From: an uncultured Bacilli bacterium
Lineage (GTDB): Bacteria > Bacillota_I > Bacilli_A > RF39 > UBA660
Assembly (NCBI GenBank): GCA_947628535.1
Contig: CANRAF010000003.1
Location: 22,350-86,349, forward strand
Reading direction: 5' to 3'
Length of the DNA stretch: 64,000 nt
A program made the position numbers and the translations under genes. The notes under the pieces were generated by a model. That model saw nothing but the letters and a program-made list of their open reading frames with translations. It was not told the origin of the DNA and made no database searches. Positions 1 to 10,710 of this stretch are shown here, one piece after another. Each line of letters opens with the position of its first letter. The first letter of the stretch is position 1.

Positions 1-32
1 TTAAAAATATACTTAATTAAAGTCTTTTTTTT

Positions 33-60
33 GTATAAATAGTAAAAATAGACATAGTAT
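33..60 (+). promoter_or_regulatory. candidate sigE-type promoter of spoIVA (GTATAAA-N13-CATAGTAT)
   Basis: Resembles the sigma-E consensus (ATA...CATAnnnT); spoIVA is sigE-dependent in model spore formers. Confidence 0.55.
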
Positions 61-82
61 TAAATTGAAAGAGAGTGATGCT

Positions 83-1558
83 ATGGATAAACAAGAGATA
101 ATCAAAAATATTGCCTATCGTACAGGGGGAGATATATATTTAGGAGTAGTAGGAGCGGTTAGAACAGGGAAATCTACATTTATCAAAAAAGTAGTTGAAT
201 CGCTTGTTGTTCCTAATATTGAAGATGAATATGAGAGAAAAAGAACTTTAGATGAAATACCTCAATCAAGTGGCGGGAAAACTATTATGACAATTGAACC
301 AAAATTTGTACCTAACAATGTTGCTAAAATAAAAATTGACGATATGACTTGCAATATGCGTTTAGTGGACTGTGTTGGGTATGTTATAGATGATGCCAAA
401 GGTTATGAAGATGAAAATGGGCCAAGAATGGTAAAGACTCCTTGGTATCCAGATGAAATACCATTTATTGAAGCTGCAGAAATAGGAACAGAAAAAGTTA
501 TTAAAGATCATTCAACAATTGGTATTATCGTAACAACAGATGGTTCAATTGGAGAATTTGAAAGAAATGACTATGTAGATGCAGAGGAAAAAATAGTAGA
601 GGAACTTGAATCTATTCATAAACCATTTATAATGGTGCTTAATACTACTAAACCGGGTAGTACAGAGGTAGAAAGTTTAACTAGAGAACTTAATGATAAA
701 TACAAAGTCCCAGTACTTCCAATGGATGTTCTTAATATGAATGAAGTTGAAATAACTAATATTTTGCGTGAGGCATTATATGAATTCCCTGTTATTGAAG
801 TTGATGCTAAAATTCCTGAATGGATAGGAGTTTTAAAACCAAATCATTATGTTAAAAAAGCATATATTGAAAAAATAAAAGAAAGTGTTGTTGAAGTAGA
901 TAAACTTCGTGATGTAGATGGAATTATAAATCATTTTAGTGATTGTGAATATATTAAACAAGCTTATATGTCAGAAGTTGATCCCAAAACAGGAGTTATT
1001 ACTATAACTTTAGAGGCACCTGAAGAATTATTTGAACAAGTTTTAAATGAAATGATTGATATAGATATTTCAAATAAGGCTAATTTACTTTCAATGTTTC
1101 AAGAATATAAAGAATCAAGACTTGAATATGAACAGTTTAAGACAGCCCTTAAAATGGTTAAAACAACAGGATATGGAGTTGCTAATCCAACTATAAATGA
1201 TATGAAACTTGATAAACCTGAAGTTACTAAACAAGGAACAAGATATGGTATTAAATTAAAAGCAACAGCTCCTTCAATTCATATGATTAGAGTAGATGTT
1301 GAATCTAGTTTTGAACCAATTATAGGAACTGAAGCTCAAAGTAAAGAATTAATAGATCATCTTATGAAAGATAGTAAGGACGATCCAAATAGTGTTTGGT
1401 CTAGTGAAATCTTTGGTAGAAGTTTAGATACAATAGTTCAAGAAGGAATTCAATCAAAAATAGCAATGATGCCAGAAAATGTAAGATATAAATTCCAACA
1501 AACTATGTCAAAAGTAGTTAATAAAGGCTCAAATAATTTAATAGCAATAGTAATTTAA
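83..1558 (+). CDS. spoIVA: Stage IV sporulation protein A (spore coat basement-layer ATPase)
   Basis: RTGGDIYLGVVGAVRTGKSTFIK Walker A, MTIEPKFVP, VDCVGY, APSIHMIR, IWxSEIFG-like motifs; ATG at 83 after GAGAGTG. Confidence 0.97.
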   Translation: MDKQEIIKNIAYRTGGDIYLGVVGAVRTGKSTFIKKVVESLVVPNIEDEYERKRTLDEIPQSSGGKTIMTIEPKFVPNNVAKIKIDDMTCNMRLVDCVGYVIDDAKGYEDENGPRMVKTPWYPDEIPFIEAAEIGTEKVIKDHSTIGIIVTTDGSIGEFERNDYVDAEEKIVEELESIHKPFIMVLNTTKPGSTEVESLTRELNDKYKVPVLPMDVLNMNEVEITNILREALYEFPVIEVDAKIPEWIGVLKPNHYVKKAYIEKIKESVVEVDKLRDVDGIINHFSDCEYIKQAYMSEVDPKTGVITITLEAPEELFEQVLNEMIDIDISNKANLLSMFQEYKESRLEYEQFKTALKMVKTTGYGVANPTINDMKLDKPEVTKQGTRYGIKLKATAPSIHMIRVDVESSFEPIIGTEAQSKELIDHLMKDSKDDPNSVWSSEIFGRSLDTIVQEGIQSKIAMMPENVRYKFQQTMSKVVNKGSNNLIAIVI

Positions 1559-1573
1559 ACTATTGCTTTTTTT
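1543..1573 (+). terminator. intrinsic terminator after spoIVA
   Basis: AGCAATAGT/ACTATTGCT stem followed by a T run. Confidence 0.7.
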
Positions 1574-1662
1574 ATATTAAAATATTTTGCTCATTTCATA
1601 AGTTTATCTTGCAAGTATTTTTGTAATATTGTATAATTTTATTGAGGTTAAGAGGGATGCTT

Positions 1663-2898
1663 ATGAGAAAAATATATACAAGTATTGATATTGGTACTGA
1701 TGAAGTAAAAGCAGTAACAATTGAAGAGTATAATGAAAAATTTAACGTTTTAGCAACTGCTATTGTTAAATCCAAAGGCGTTAAAAAGGGTTTAATAACT
1801 GATGCATCACTTATTACAAGTGCTGTTAAAAAAGCAATTAAACAACTTGAAAGCAAACTTGGAACAAAAATAGAACAAGTTATAGCAGTAGTTCCTTCTA
1901 ATAACAGAGATATAAATATTACAATGGGCGAAACTACAGTTAATACAGAAGATCATATAATTGATGGTGAAACTATCTTTAACTGTCTTCAAAAATCTTT
2001 AAAAAACAATGTTTCTAAAGATGTAGAAGTAGTAAGTGTAATGCCTATTGAATATAAAATTGACGATGAAAAGAAAGTTAAAAATCCTCTTGGTCTTGAA
2101 GGCTCTAAATTAGCCTCTAAATCTGTTGTTGTAACAGTTCCTAAAAAAAATGTTTATTCAGTAGTTGGAATACTTGAAAATATTGGTGTTGAAGTAGTTG
2201 ATATTACAATTTCTTCAATTTCTAGTTATTTTGCAATATCTGATAATGAACTTGATAAAAATGTAGTAGCTTTGGTAGATATTGGTAAAGAAAAAAGTGT
2301 TCTTTCAGTATTTAATAAAGGAATTTTAGTTAAGGAATCAATTACTTCAATGGGTGGAGATGATTTAGATGAGTTAATTAGTTTTAATTTTAAAACTGAT
2401 GAAAGAGAATCAAAAAGAATAAAAGAAGAATATGGAGTTGCTAATAGAAAATATGCTGATTCAGATGAAACATATAAAGTAATAAATAGAATTAACCAAA
2501 ATATTGTTATAAATCAGTATATTTTAGCAGAAATGATAGAGCATAAAATAACAGAAGAACTCAAAAATATCAAAAATAATATAAATAACTTAACAAATCG
2601 AGAAATTAGTTATATAATAGTTACAGGAGCAATTTCTTCAATGCTTGGGTTTGATGCTCTAGTGCAAGATGTATATGGAAGCAAAGGACAAATATTAAAT
2701 TTAAATATTATTGGACTTCGTGATAATAGGTTTGATGTTTGTTATGGAGCAATCAAATATTTTGTAAACAAATTAGAACAAAGAGAAAAAGAATATACGA
2801 TGTTTATAGATGAAAAGGTCGATGAAATGCTAAAGGCAAGGAAAAAAATGGGGACAGGCAGTGCACTAGGAAAAATATTTGGAAAAATATTTGAATAA
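1663..2898 (+). CDS. ftsA: Cell division protein FtsA
   Basis: SIDIGT, GVKKGLI, LVDIG, MGGD motifs of the actin-like fold; directly upstream of ftsZ. Confidence 0.9.
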   Translation: MRKIYTSIDIGTDEVKAVTIEEYNEKFNVLATAIVKSKGVKKGLITDASLITSAVKKAIKQLESKLGTKIEQVIAVVPSNNRDINITMGETTVNTEDHIIDGETIFNCLQKSLKNNVSKDVEVVSVMPIEYKIDDEKKVKNPLGLEGSKLASKSVVVTVPKKNVYSVVGILENIGVEVVDITISSISSYFAISDNELDKNVVALVDIGKEKSVLSVFNKGILVKESITSMGGDDLDELISFNFKTDERESKRIKEEYGVANRKYADSDETYKVINRINQNIVINQYILAEMIEHKITEELKNIKNNINNLTNREISYIIVTGAISSMLGFDALVQDVYGSKGQILNLNIIGLRDNRFDVCYGAIKYFVNKLEQREKEYTMFIDEKVDEMLKARKKMGTGSALGKIFGKIFE

Positions 2899-2910
2899 GG
2901 AGATGAAGTT

Positions 2911-3990
2911 ATGTTTGATTTAGCAATGACAGACCAACTAGCTAAAATAAAAGTAGTTGGAGTTGGTGGAGGCGGAGGTAACGCCATTAACAGAATGATA
3001 GATGCTGGAGTACGTGGCGTTGACTTTATTGCAGTTAATACCGATGCTCAAGTTTTAAATGCCTCAAAAGCTGAGAAAAAAATACAACTTGGCACTCTTG
3101 GAGCCGGGGGAAGACCTGAAATAGGAAAAGAAGCTGCTATGAAAGCTAAAAAAGAATTAGAGGAATGTTTAAAAGGTGCTGATATGGTATTCATCACTTG
3201 TGGTATGGGTGGTGGAACTGGAACAGGAGCAGCACCAGTAATCGCTGAAATTTCTCAAAATTTAGGGGCTCTTACAGTAGCTATCGTAACTAGACCATTT
3301 TCATTTGAAGGAAAACGCCGAATGGATAACGCTTTGGAAGGAATTGAAGAATTAAGAGAACATGTTGATACTTTAATTGTTATTCCAAATGATAGATTAA
3401 GAGAAATTATTGATAAATCCACTTCAATGCTTGATGCCTTCAAAGAAGTTGATAATGTTCTTCTTCGTGGAGTTCAATCAATTTCTGATTTAATTGCAGT
3501 TGTTGGACTTGTTAACCTTGACTTTGCCGATGTAAGAGCAGTAATGGAAAACTCTGGTAACGCAATTATTGGTATTGGTATTGGAATGGGTGAAGATAGA
3601 GCAATTGAGGCTGCTAAACAAGCTGTTTCATCTCCACTTCTTGAAACCTCAATTCATGGAGCAACAGATGCTATAATCAATATAACTGGTGGTGCTAATT
3701 TAACCCTTTTTGAAGCAGAACAAGCCGCTGAAGTTGTTCGCGCAGCTGCTAATACAGATATTAATACAATATTTGGATCAGTTATCAATGAAAACTTAAC
3801 TGATGAAGTAATTGTTACTGTAATAGCAACAGGTTTTGATAAAAAAGGGAAAAAACCACTTTACAATCAATTAAATAATAGAAGTGAATCTAGTTATATA
3901 GATGATGACGATGATGATAATGAAACTTCAGATGGAGATTTTGAACCACAAGAAATAGAAATACCAACATTTATGCATAAAAATTTTTAA
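2911..3990 (+). CDS. ftsZ: Cell division protein FtsZ
   Basis: GGGTGTG tubulin signature, NLDFADV, C-terminal EIPTFM peptide. Confidence 0.99.
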   Translation: MFDLAMTDQLAKIKVVGVGGGGGNAINRMIDAGVRGVDFIAVNTDAQVLNASKAEKKIQLGTLGAGGRPEIGKEAAMKAKKELEECLKGADMVFITCGMGGGTGTGAAPVIAEISQNLGALTVAIVTRPFSFEGKRRMDNALEGIEELREHVDTLIVIPNDRLREIIDKSTSMLDAFKEVDNVLLRGVQSISDLIAVVGLVNLDFADVRAVMENSGNAIIGIGIGMGEDRAIEAAKQAVSSPLLETSIHGATDAIINITGGANLTLFEAEQAAEVVRAAANTDINTIFGSVINENLTDEVIVTVIATGFDKKGKKPLYNQLNNRSESSYIDDDDDDNETSDGDFEPQEIEIPTFMHKNF

Positions 3991-4067
3991 GTGTCAAATA
4001 AGTAAGAAAGCATACTACTAAGTTTGCTTTTTTCATATAATATGGTATAATGTTTTGTGGTGAGGAA

Positions 4068-4556
4068 ATGGAAAACAAAGAATATTTACAGATTGTTGGA
4101 GATTTGTTAGAAAACAGAAAATTCAATAAATTAAAACAAGAAAAACACCATCATAACAGCAATAGATTTAATCATTGTGTAGATGTTTCATATATGACAT
4201 ATAATGTTTGTAAAAAATTAAAATTAGATTATGAAAGTGCTACAAAAGCGGCACTTTTACATGACTTTTTCTTTGATGATGAATTTAAAAACAAAAGAAA
4301 AAGAATGCTTTCGCATCCAGAAACGGCAATTAAAAATGCTAAAAAAATTACAACGTTATCTTCCAAAGAAGAAAGCATAATTGTATCACATATGTATCCA
4401 ATTGGTGGGAAAATGCCTAAGAATATAGAAAGTATTGTTGTAGATGTAGTAGATGATTATGTTTCATTAAAAGAAAAACTTGGAGGGGACTTGAAGAGTT
4501 TAAAAGCAGCAGTAAATTTTTTATTTGTATTAACGATAAATGTTTTATTAAGATAA
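4068..4556 (+). CDS. HD-domain phosphohydrolase
   Basis: H...H, ALLHDFF, HP..A..NA, SHMYP motifs. Confidence 0.8.
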   Translation: MENKEYLQIVGDLLENRKFNKLKQEKHHHNSNRFNHCVDVSYMTYNVCKKLKLDYESATKAALLHDFFFDDEFKNKRKRMLSHPETAIKNAKKITTLSSKEESIIVSHMYPIGGKMPKNIESIVVDVVDDYVSLKEKLGGDLKSLKAAVNFLFVLTINVLLR

Positions 4557-4568
4557 AACATTTATTTT

Positions 4569-4645
4569 GTCCCCGTAGCTCAGTAGGATAGAGCAATTGC
4601 CTCCTAAGCAATAGGTCGGAGGTTCGACTCCTCTCGGGGACGCCA
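4569..4645 (+). tRNA. tRNA-Arg(CCT)
   Basis: GTCCCCG/CGGGGAC acceptor stem, ATTGC-CTCCTAA-GCAAT anticodon arm, TTCGACT loop, encoded CCA. Confidence 0.97.
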
Positions 4646-4647
4646 CT

Positions 4648-5322
4648 TTAAATATACTTTATTGGCATGTCGACGATATAGAAAGTATTATCGGACATGT
4701 TTTTTTTAAGTTCTAAATATTTTTTCTTATTGTTAAGAGCCCAAACAAATATAGGTTTTTTATAGTCTTTTAATTTATCAATACTATAACTACTTAAAGC
4801 TAAAAAATCATAATTATCATTTAAGTGAGAAGAATTTATAATTTTACTAATTAAGATGCCACATTTTAAGTTTGGATAAGAATTTTTAATTTGCTTTATA
4901 ATATCTTCGTTAAAACTCATTATATAAATATTTTTAAATAAATATTTACTAATTTCTTTATAAAATCTTTCTACAAATAAAGTACTTTCTTTATCTTGTT
5001 TTATTTCTATTAAAATAATTTTATCTTTAGGACATATTTTAATAATTTCTTTTAACGTACTTATTTTACAAGGATTTTCTTTGGTACCAAAATTATATTT
5101 TCTAAGATTTTTATAAGTCATATTTTTAACAAAACCAAATCCATCACTTGTTCTATTGATAGTGCTGTCATGAATTACAACAATTTTTCCATCTTTTGTC
5201 ATTCTAACATCAAATTCAATACCTTTAACATAATCTTTAAGTAAACTATCTCTAATAGCAAGTTTAGTATTTTCTTTATAATTTTTATTATTAACACCAC
5301 GATGAGCAATTAAATTTGACAT
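4648..5322 (-). CDS. Glycerophosphodiester phosphodiesterase family protein
   Basis: IAHRG, ENT, IEFDVRMTKDG, VIHD, IEIK motifs. Confidence 0.92.
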   Translation of the reverse strand: MSNLIAHRGVNNKNYKENTKLAIRDSLLKDYVKGIEFDVRMTKDGKIVVIHDSTINRTSDGFGFVKNMTYKNLRKYNFGTKENPCKISTLKEIIKICPKDKIILIEIKQDKESTLFVERFYKEISKYLFKNIYIMSFNEDIIKQIKNSYPNLKCGILISKIINSSHLNDNYDFLALSSYSIDKLKDYKKPIFVWALNNKKKYLELKKNMSDNTFYIVDMPIKYI

Positions 5323-5495
5323 AATATTTCACCATTATATAATATGAAAAAAGAACTAAATTTGGACCTTAAGTCTACAAATGTTTATTATATAATCGTT
5401 TTTTGTGTTTTACTACGAAAAAGAAATGATTTAGAATAAATGTAAAAGAAACAAAAATTTGAAATAAATACTTTCAAGTTTTTTCTTTTTATACT

Positions 5496-5514
5496 ATTGG
5501 TAATTTTTACCAAT
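5496..5514. promoter_or_regulatory. 8-bp inverted repeat ATTGGTAA-TTT-TTACCAAT, candidate operator
   Basis: Perfect IR about 60 bp upstream of the XRE gene. Confidence 0.4.
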
Positions 5515-5574
5515 TAATGCATATCTATTGAAAACAGTATAATATATTATACAATATTGTTAGGAGGTAAAAAT

Positions 5575-5811
5575 ATGGAAAAGGAAAAAATTTTAATGGA
5601 CTTGGAGTATGAATTTATTTGTGATTTTATTAAACTTAGGAAAGAAAAGGGACTTACTCAAAAGGCCCTTGCAGAAATGTCTGGAGTGGTAAGAGAAAAA
5701 ATTGCTAAAATTGAAAACAAACTTAACTCTCCACAACTTAATTCTTTAATCAAAATTTTAGAACCTATTGGTTATACAGTAAAAATAATGCCAATAGAAA
5801 AGGAAAAATAA
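5575..5811 (+). CDS. XRE-family HTH protein (HigA/antitoxin-like)
   Basis: LRKEKGLTQKALAEMSGV...IAKIE...PQLNSLIKIL; GGAGG RBS. Confidence 0.85.
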   Translation: MEKEKILMDLEYEFICDFIKLRKEKGLTQKALAEMSGVVREKIAKIENKLNSPQLNSLIKILEPIGYTVKIMPIEKEK

Positions 5812-5812
5812 A

Positions 5813-6322
5813 ATGCCTTATCTAAAAGCAGGAATAGTTACTAGGATAGAGATAGATAGAATAAAAAATGATTTAAATTATTTAGATAAGTTTTTTAATT
5901 TAAATCTTTTTTGTAATGGTAATAATGTATTTTTATTAAAAAAAAATATTTTAAGAGAAAACCTTGTTAGTTTTAGAAAAGAGTTTATGAATATAACTAA
6001 TTATAGAGGTGATAGTTTAAATAATTGTGAGGCATATTCTCTTGAAATTGATGTAAATAAAATGCTTGAAAATGAAATATACTTAAGTGATGATGGTAAA
6101 AAATTTTATTTTGAAAATTTTGAAAATATGAAATTTGATACTGATCAGTGTTATTACAAAGATAAAAAAATATCAATGCTAATATTTTTTATTCCTATTT
6201 TTTGGGATATAAATAAAATAGTAGCAGAAGATTTTGATATTATTACTGTAACTGTAAATAATTTGACGCGTTTAGCATTAAAAAATAAATTAAAAGATGC
6301 TTGTTGGTTTGCAGTAATATAA
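5813..6322 (+). CDS. hypothetical protein
   Basis: 169-aa ORF directly after the XRE gene; no recognised motif. Confidence 0.6.
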   Translation: MPYLKAGIVTRIEIDRIKNDLNYLDKFFNLNLFCNGNNVFLLKKNILRENLVSFRKEFMNITNYRGDSLNNCEAYSLEIDVNKMLENEIYLSDDGKKFYFENFENMKFDTDQCYYKDKKISMLIFFIPIFWDINKIVAEDFDIITVTVNNLTRLALKNKLKDACWFAVI

Positions 6323-6364
6323 AAAAATTTGTTTACGTGGTATAATACTATAGAGGTGGTATAC

Positions 6365-7642
6365 ATGAAAAGAGCGCTTGTTTTATCTGGTGGAGGTGCT
6401 AAAGGTTCTTATCAACTTGGGGTTTATAAAGCTTTAAAGAGACTAAGAATTAAAATTGATATTATAGCAGGTACATCAATAGGTTCTATTAATGGTGCTC
6501 TTTTTGTAGCAGGGGATTATCATAAGGCTAAAAGATTATGGCAAAAAATCACAACCGAGGAGCTTCTTAATTATGGATTTGAAGACGTAAAAGATTATCC
6601 AAAGGCTGCTAAAGAAATTGTTAAAAATAAAGGTTTAAAATTTGATAAAGCTGAGGAATATATTGGTAAAGTAATAGATGAGAGAAAGGTTAGAGAATCA
6701 AAAATAGATTATGGTTTAGTTACAGTTAATTTAAAAAATATGGTACCTAAAATGCTTACTAAGGAACAAATACCTAATGGAAAACTTATTTCTTATATTG
6801 TAGCATCATCAACTTGTTTCCCAGCAGTTGAAATGAAAGAGATAGATGGGAATTACTATATAGATGGGGGATATTATGATAACCTTCCTATTAATTTAGC
6901 AGTTCAAATGGGAGCAGATGAGGTAATAGCAGTAGATCTTTCAGCAATTGGAATAAAACAAAAAGTAAAGGACAAAGATATAAAAATAGATTATATAAAA
7001 ACAAAAAATAAACAGTTATTTGTTTTAGAATTTAATCCAGAAGTTGCAACACGTAATATTAAACTTGGATATAACGATACAATGAAATATTATGGAAAAC
7101 TAGATGGAGATATGTTTACCTTTAAAAAAGGCTCACTTGAAAGAAACTGTAAAAAATATAGTGAAAAGTACATAAATTTAATTAAAGCAGTGTTAATTTC
7201 TGATAGTAAAAAGGTAAAAATTACTGATATTTTAAAAAATAAAAGATATCAAAGTATTTTCCTTAAAATAAAACAAAACAAGAGTTTAGAAAAGGAAATA
7301 AATAGTTCTCTTGAATATTTAGGTAATTTATTTGGACTTGAAAATGAAAAAATTTATAATATAGAAATATTTAATAAAAAATTGATATCTGAGGCAGAAA
7401 GCTTAAAATATATAACTATTGATAAAAAACTAAAAGGTAAGATGCTTATAGGTTATATATACAATCAATATATGAATTCTGAAAATAAAGAAGATGTATA
7501 TAAAAAATTATTTAATATTGCCCTTATTTTTCAAAAAGATTTTTTAGCGGCAATTTATTTAATAGCTATTTCAAATATTGAACCAATTAATTTAAAAAGT
7601 GAAAGTTTCTTTGATGAAATTTTAAATCTAATTAAAAAGTGA
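6365..7642 (+). CDS. Patatin-like phospholipase
   Basis: LSGGGAKG, GTSIG (GxSxG), DGG motifs. Confidence 0.93.
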   Translation: MKRALVLSGGGAKGSYQLGVYKALKRLRIKIDIIAGTSIGSINGALFVAGDYHKAKRLWQKITTEELLNYGFEDVKDYPKAAKEIVKNKGLKFDKAEEYIGKVIDERKVRESKIDYGLVTVNLKNMVPKMLTKEQIPNGKLISYIVASSTCFPAVEMKEIDGNYYIDGGYYDNLPINLAVQMGADEVIAVDLSAIGIKQKVKDKDIKIDYIKTKNKQLFVLEFNPEVATRNIKLGYNDTMKYYGKLDGDMFTFKKGSLERNCKKYSEKYINLIKAVLISDSKKVKITDILKNKRYQSIFLKIKQNKSLEKEINSSLEYLGNLFGLENEKIYNIEIFNKKLISEAESLKYITIDKKLKGKMLIGYIYNQYMNSENKEDVYKKLFNIALIFQKDFLAAIYLIAISNIEPINLKSESFFDEILNLIKK

Positions 7643-7724
7643 TTGTCAAATTATGTCTAATTTACACTCATTGCTTGTAAAGGGAAAAAATATATTATAT
7701 TCTTAATATAGGGAGTGTGATACA

Positions 7725-7925
7725 ATGATATATCCATCTATTGATAAACTACTTTTGCATGTTGATTCTAAGTATCGTTTAGTACATATAGTTGCTAAAC
7801 GTAGCAATGAAATAAAAAAAACAGGACATTTGCAAATGAATGATGAAGAGTATATTTCTTCAAAAAATATAGGAAAGGCTTTAGAAGAAGTTGAAAAAGA
7901 TCTAATTGATATTAAAAAGAATTAG
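7725..7925 (+). CDS. rpoZ: RNA polymerase omega subunit
   Basis: MIYPSIDKLL..VDSKYRLV..VAKR...ALEE. Confidence 0.93.
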   Translation: MIYPSIDKLLLHVDSKYRLVHIVAKRSNEIKKTGHLQMNDEEYISSKNIGKALEEVEKDLIDIKKN

Positions 7926-7950
7926 TTCTTTTTATTTAAGGAGTTTGTTT

Positions 7951-8685
7951 ATGAAAATTGAAAAGTATAAATATTTAGGGAACGGAAGATATAAAGTATT
8001 TATTGATAAAAATGATTACATTATTTTTGAAGATATAATCTTAAAATATAAAATTTTAGGGAAAGATAATATCACTAAAGAAGAACTTTCAAAATATTTA
8101 AAAGAAAATACTTTTTATGAAGGATATTATAAAGCTACTTCTTATATAAATATTAAATTAAGGACTAAAAAAGAAATAGAACAATACTTAAGTAAGAATG
8201 ATTTTGATAGTAAAGTAATAACAAAAATAATAGATAAACTTACAAAAGATGGGTATTTAAATGAAAATATTTATACTGAAGCATATATAAATGATCAAAT
8301 AAATTTGAAAATTATTGGGCCTTTAAAAATAGAAAATGATTTAATAAAACTTGGAATAGATAAAAATATAATAAATAAACATTTAAACTGTTATACAAAA
8401 GAAATGCAATATGAAAAAATAAGAAAAGTTATAGATAAAGAAATAAGGTTAAATAAAAATAAATCTAGTGAAATGCTTAAAAATAAAATATTAATGGGAT
8501 TAATAAATAAAGGTTTTTATAGAAATGATATCATTTTAATTTTAGATGAGTTTGAAATAGATGATAAAGATATTTATGAAAAAGAATATCAAAAATTATA
8601 TAATAAGTTATCTAAAAAATATAGTGGTCAAGTTCTTGAATATAAAATAAAGGAAAAATTATATCAAAAAGGTTTTAGAAAATAG
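7951..8685 (+). CDS. recX: Regulatory protein RecX
   Basis: RTKKEI..YL, GYLNE..Y, GPLKI..L...GI, repeated L..KGF; Bacilli-type length. Confidence 0.85.
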   Translation: MKIEKYKYLGNGRYKVFIDKNDYIIFEDIILKYKILGKDNITKEELSKYLKENTFYEGYYKATSYINIKLRTKKEIEQYLSKNDFDSKVITKIIDKLTKDGYLNENIYTEAYINDQINLKIIGPLKIENDLIKLGIDKNIINKHLNCYTKEMQYEKIRKVIDKEIRLNKNKSSEMLKNKILMGLINKGFYRNDIILILDEFEIDDKDIYEKEYQKLYNKLSKKYSGQVLEYKIKEKLYQKGFRK

Positions 8686-8720
8686 AAAGTGGTTTTGAAT
8701 CCATTTTTTATTTTCTTTTT

Positions 8721-8749
8721 GTATAAAAAAACTAAAAGGTCTAATACTA
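8721..8749 (+). promoter_or_regulatory. candidate sigG-type promoter (GTATA-N17-AATACTA)
   Basis: Resembles the forespore sigma G consensus GyATA-N17/18-CAwAhTA. Confidence 0.45.
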
Positions 8750-8771
8750 ATAAAAAAGGAGGCTTTTAATA

Positions 8772-9200
8772 ATGGAAGAAAATATTAATGCTTTAGATGA
8801 GTTACATAAGGGTACTTGTATGGGTATGGATGCCATTCATTTTGTTAGAGAAAAAGTTGAAGATGAATCTTTAAAAAAGGAACTTGATAAGGAATATAAT
8901 GATTATAAAGATATTGCTAAGAGAATAGAAGAGGTTTATCCAAAATATAATGATGGTAAACCACATACTACTAATGCAATGACTAAAACTATGACTTGGT
9001 CAATGACTGAGATGAAAACTTTAGCAGATAAAAGTACTTCAAAAATAGCAGAGTTATTGCTTCAAGGGGTAAACATGGGTATTATTGAAGGTAGGAAGAT
9101 ATTAAATAATAAAAATATTGATAAAGAAGTTAATAAAATTGCATCAACATATGTAAATATGCAGGAAGAAAGTGTAGAAACACTTAAAAATTATTTATAA
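8772..9200 (+). CDS. Ferritin-like four-helix protein of a family common in spore-forming Bacillota
   Basis: L.ELHKGT.MG.DAI...SKIAELL.QG..MGI...LK.YL pattern; GGAGG RBS. Confidence 0.65.
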   Translation: MEENINALDELHKGTCMGMDAIHFVREKVEDESLKKELDKEYNDYKDIAKRIEEVYPKYNDGKPHTTNAMTKTMTWSMTEMKTLADKSTSKIAELLLQGVNMGIIEGRKILNNKNIDKEVNKIASTYVNMQEESVETLKNYL

Positions 9201-9244
9201 TAAAAAAAGAAATTATTTCATGTTATTTTAGAAATAATTTCTTT

Positions 9245-9964
9245 TTATATACTTTTATTTTTTCCTGTTACAAGTGCTGTCAAAGATGAAATACTATCTA
9301 TTTCCATTATTATAGCTTTTTTATCAGCTTTTTTAAGTAATCTTCCTTCAATACTTTTTGCTTTTTTTATATCAAATATTGAATTAATAGAATTATCTGT
9401 ATTTTCTACTAAAAAGTTATAATATTTAAAGTTTTTAAGAAGATGCTTATTATTTAAATCTAAATCCTTTGAATTTACTTTCCTAACAGGAAGAGGCCAC
9501 ATATGATGAATAATTCCATCAATTATTTTTTCAGCACGTTTCTCATCTTTAAAATATTCAGGATACCAAGAATAAGCATTTAAAACTGCTTCAATAGGAT
9601 GAGTAAATCCATGTTTGTTTTTTAAGGATTTAATCCTGTTTTTTTCATTATTTTGCCAAGGCTCTGTGTATAGATCATGAAAAAGAGCAATTACAACAGC
9701 ATCTTCAACATTTATTTTACCTGGATTTTCTATTTCATAATCTATTGCTAGTCTTAAAGTTAAAATTGCATCTGTTAGAATATGTTGTCCTAAAGTTGTA
9801 TTAGAGTGATGTGGAAATTCATCTGTACATCTTTTTACAAATTCATTATGAAAAATAATAGGTTCAACTATATTATAAAACAGTCTCTTTTCTTCTACTG
9901 TTAAATCACTATTTTTTAATGTGAGCCATAATAATTCTTCGACATTTTCACGCATATTTATCAC
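9245..9964 (-). CDS. HD-domain protein
   Basis: HH...H, ALFHDLY..W, HGFTHP, IIHHMWP, ADK. Confidence 0.8.
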   Translation of the reverse strand: MINMRENVEELLWLTLKNSDLTVEEKRLFYNIVEPIIFHNEFVKRCTDEFPHHSNTTLGQHILTDAILTLRLAIDYEIENPGKINVEDAVVIALFHDLYTEPWQNNEKNRIKSLKNKHGFTHPIEAVLNAYSWYPEYFKDEKRAEKIIDGIIHHMWPLPVRKVNSKDLDLNNKHLLKNFKYYNFLVENTDNSINSIFDIKKAKSIEGRLLKKADKKAIIMEIDSISSLTALVTGKNKSI

Positions 9965-10032
9965 CTTTATACAGATATCAATATATCAGCTTTAATATTA
10001 AATGTCAAAAAAATGTGTCTAGTTTTTTGTAA

Positions 10033-10710
10033 CTATTCGTAAAGTCCTATAGCCTCACTTATTGGAAGAGAAAATACAATGCCACTACCTTTAGTTTTTA
10101 GACCATTTTCTTTAACTATTGCTTCCATAACAGTATTTTTTATGTCTTTCTTAATAACATTTATAACTATGTCTTTTTCAGGTTCTATAGAAAATCCTAG
10201 GAACTGTCTTTTTGTATCTCCCTTTACTAGACTTCTTCCTCTTATTAAAGTACCACCATTTGCACCCGCTTTTTTAGCAGTTGCCATTACATTTTCAGCA
10301 AATCCTTCACTTACAATTGATACTATAAGTTCATAGTTTTTATTATTAATTATTTTTTCTTCGTTATCTTTTTCCATAGTAACCTCCTTATTTACATTAC
10401 TTGTTAATTTATCACTTATATATTTTGTTGAACTTGATAGGGGAATAGTAAAACAAATTCCATTGCCTGGAGTATCAAGTTTTATGTCATTGTTTATTTT
10501 ATTTAAAACTTTGCTGCTCATATCTTTTTTTATGAGAGAAAAATAAATATATTTTTTAACTTCTTCAAGACCAAAATACTCTAAAAGGGAAGATGATGCA
10601 GTACCATTACCATAAGTTGCTAAATTAAGTGGTAAGTTAAATTTTTTATAAATGGCTTTTATTTTTTTATCGTATTTAGCATTAGTTATAATACATAATA
10701 GTTCTATCAT
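10033..10710 (-). CDS. P-II family signal transduction protein (two tandem PII-like domains)
   Basis: G.GTA, AGANGGT, EKDIV, GIVFSLPI repeated twice; ATGA overlap with the upstream gene. Confidence 0.85.
   Translation of the reverse strand: MIELLCIITNAKYDKKIKAIYKKFNLPLNLATYGNGTASSSLLEYFGLEEVKKYIYFSLIKKDMSSKVLNKINNDIKLDTPGNGICFTIPLSSSTKYISDKLTSNVNKEVTMEKDNEEKIINNKNYELIVSIVSEGFAENVMATAKKAGANGGTLIRGRSLVKGDTKRQFLGFSIEPEKDIVINVIKKDIKNTVMEAIVKENGLKTKGSGIVFSLPISEAIGLYE

Noticed and set aside
4417-4611. 64-aa minus-strand ORF
   Set aside because: It overlaps tRNA-Arg and the HD gene.
4569-6322. tRNA-Arg or tRNA-Ser as integration sites for a mobile element
   Set aside because: No integrase and no duplicated tRNA 3' end seen.
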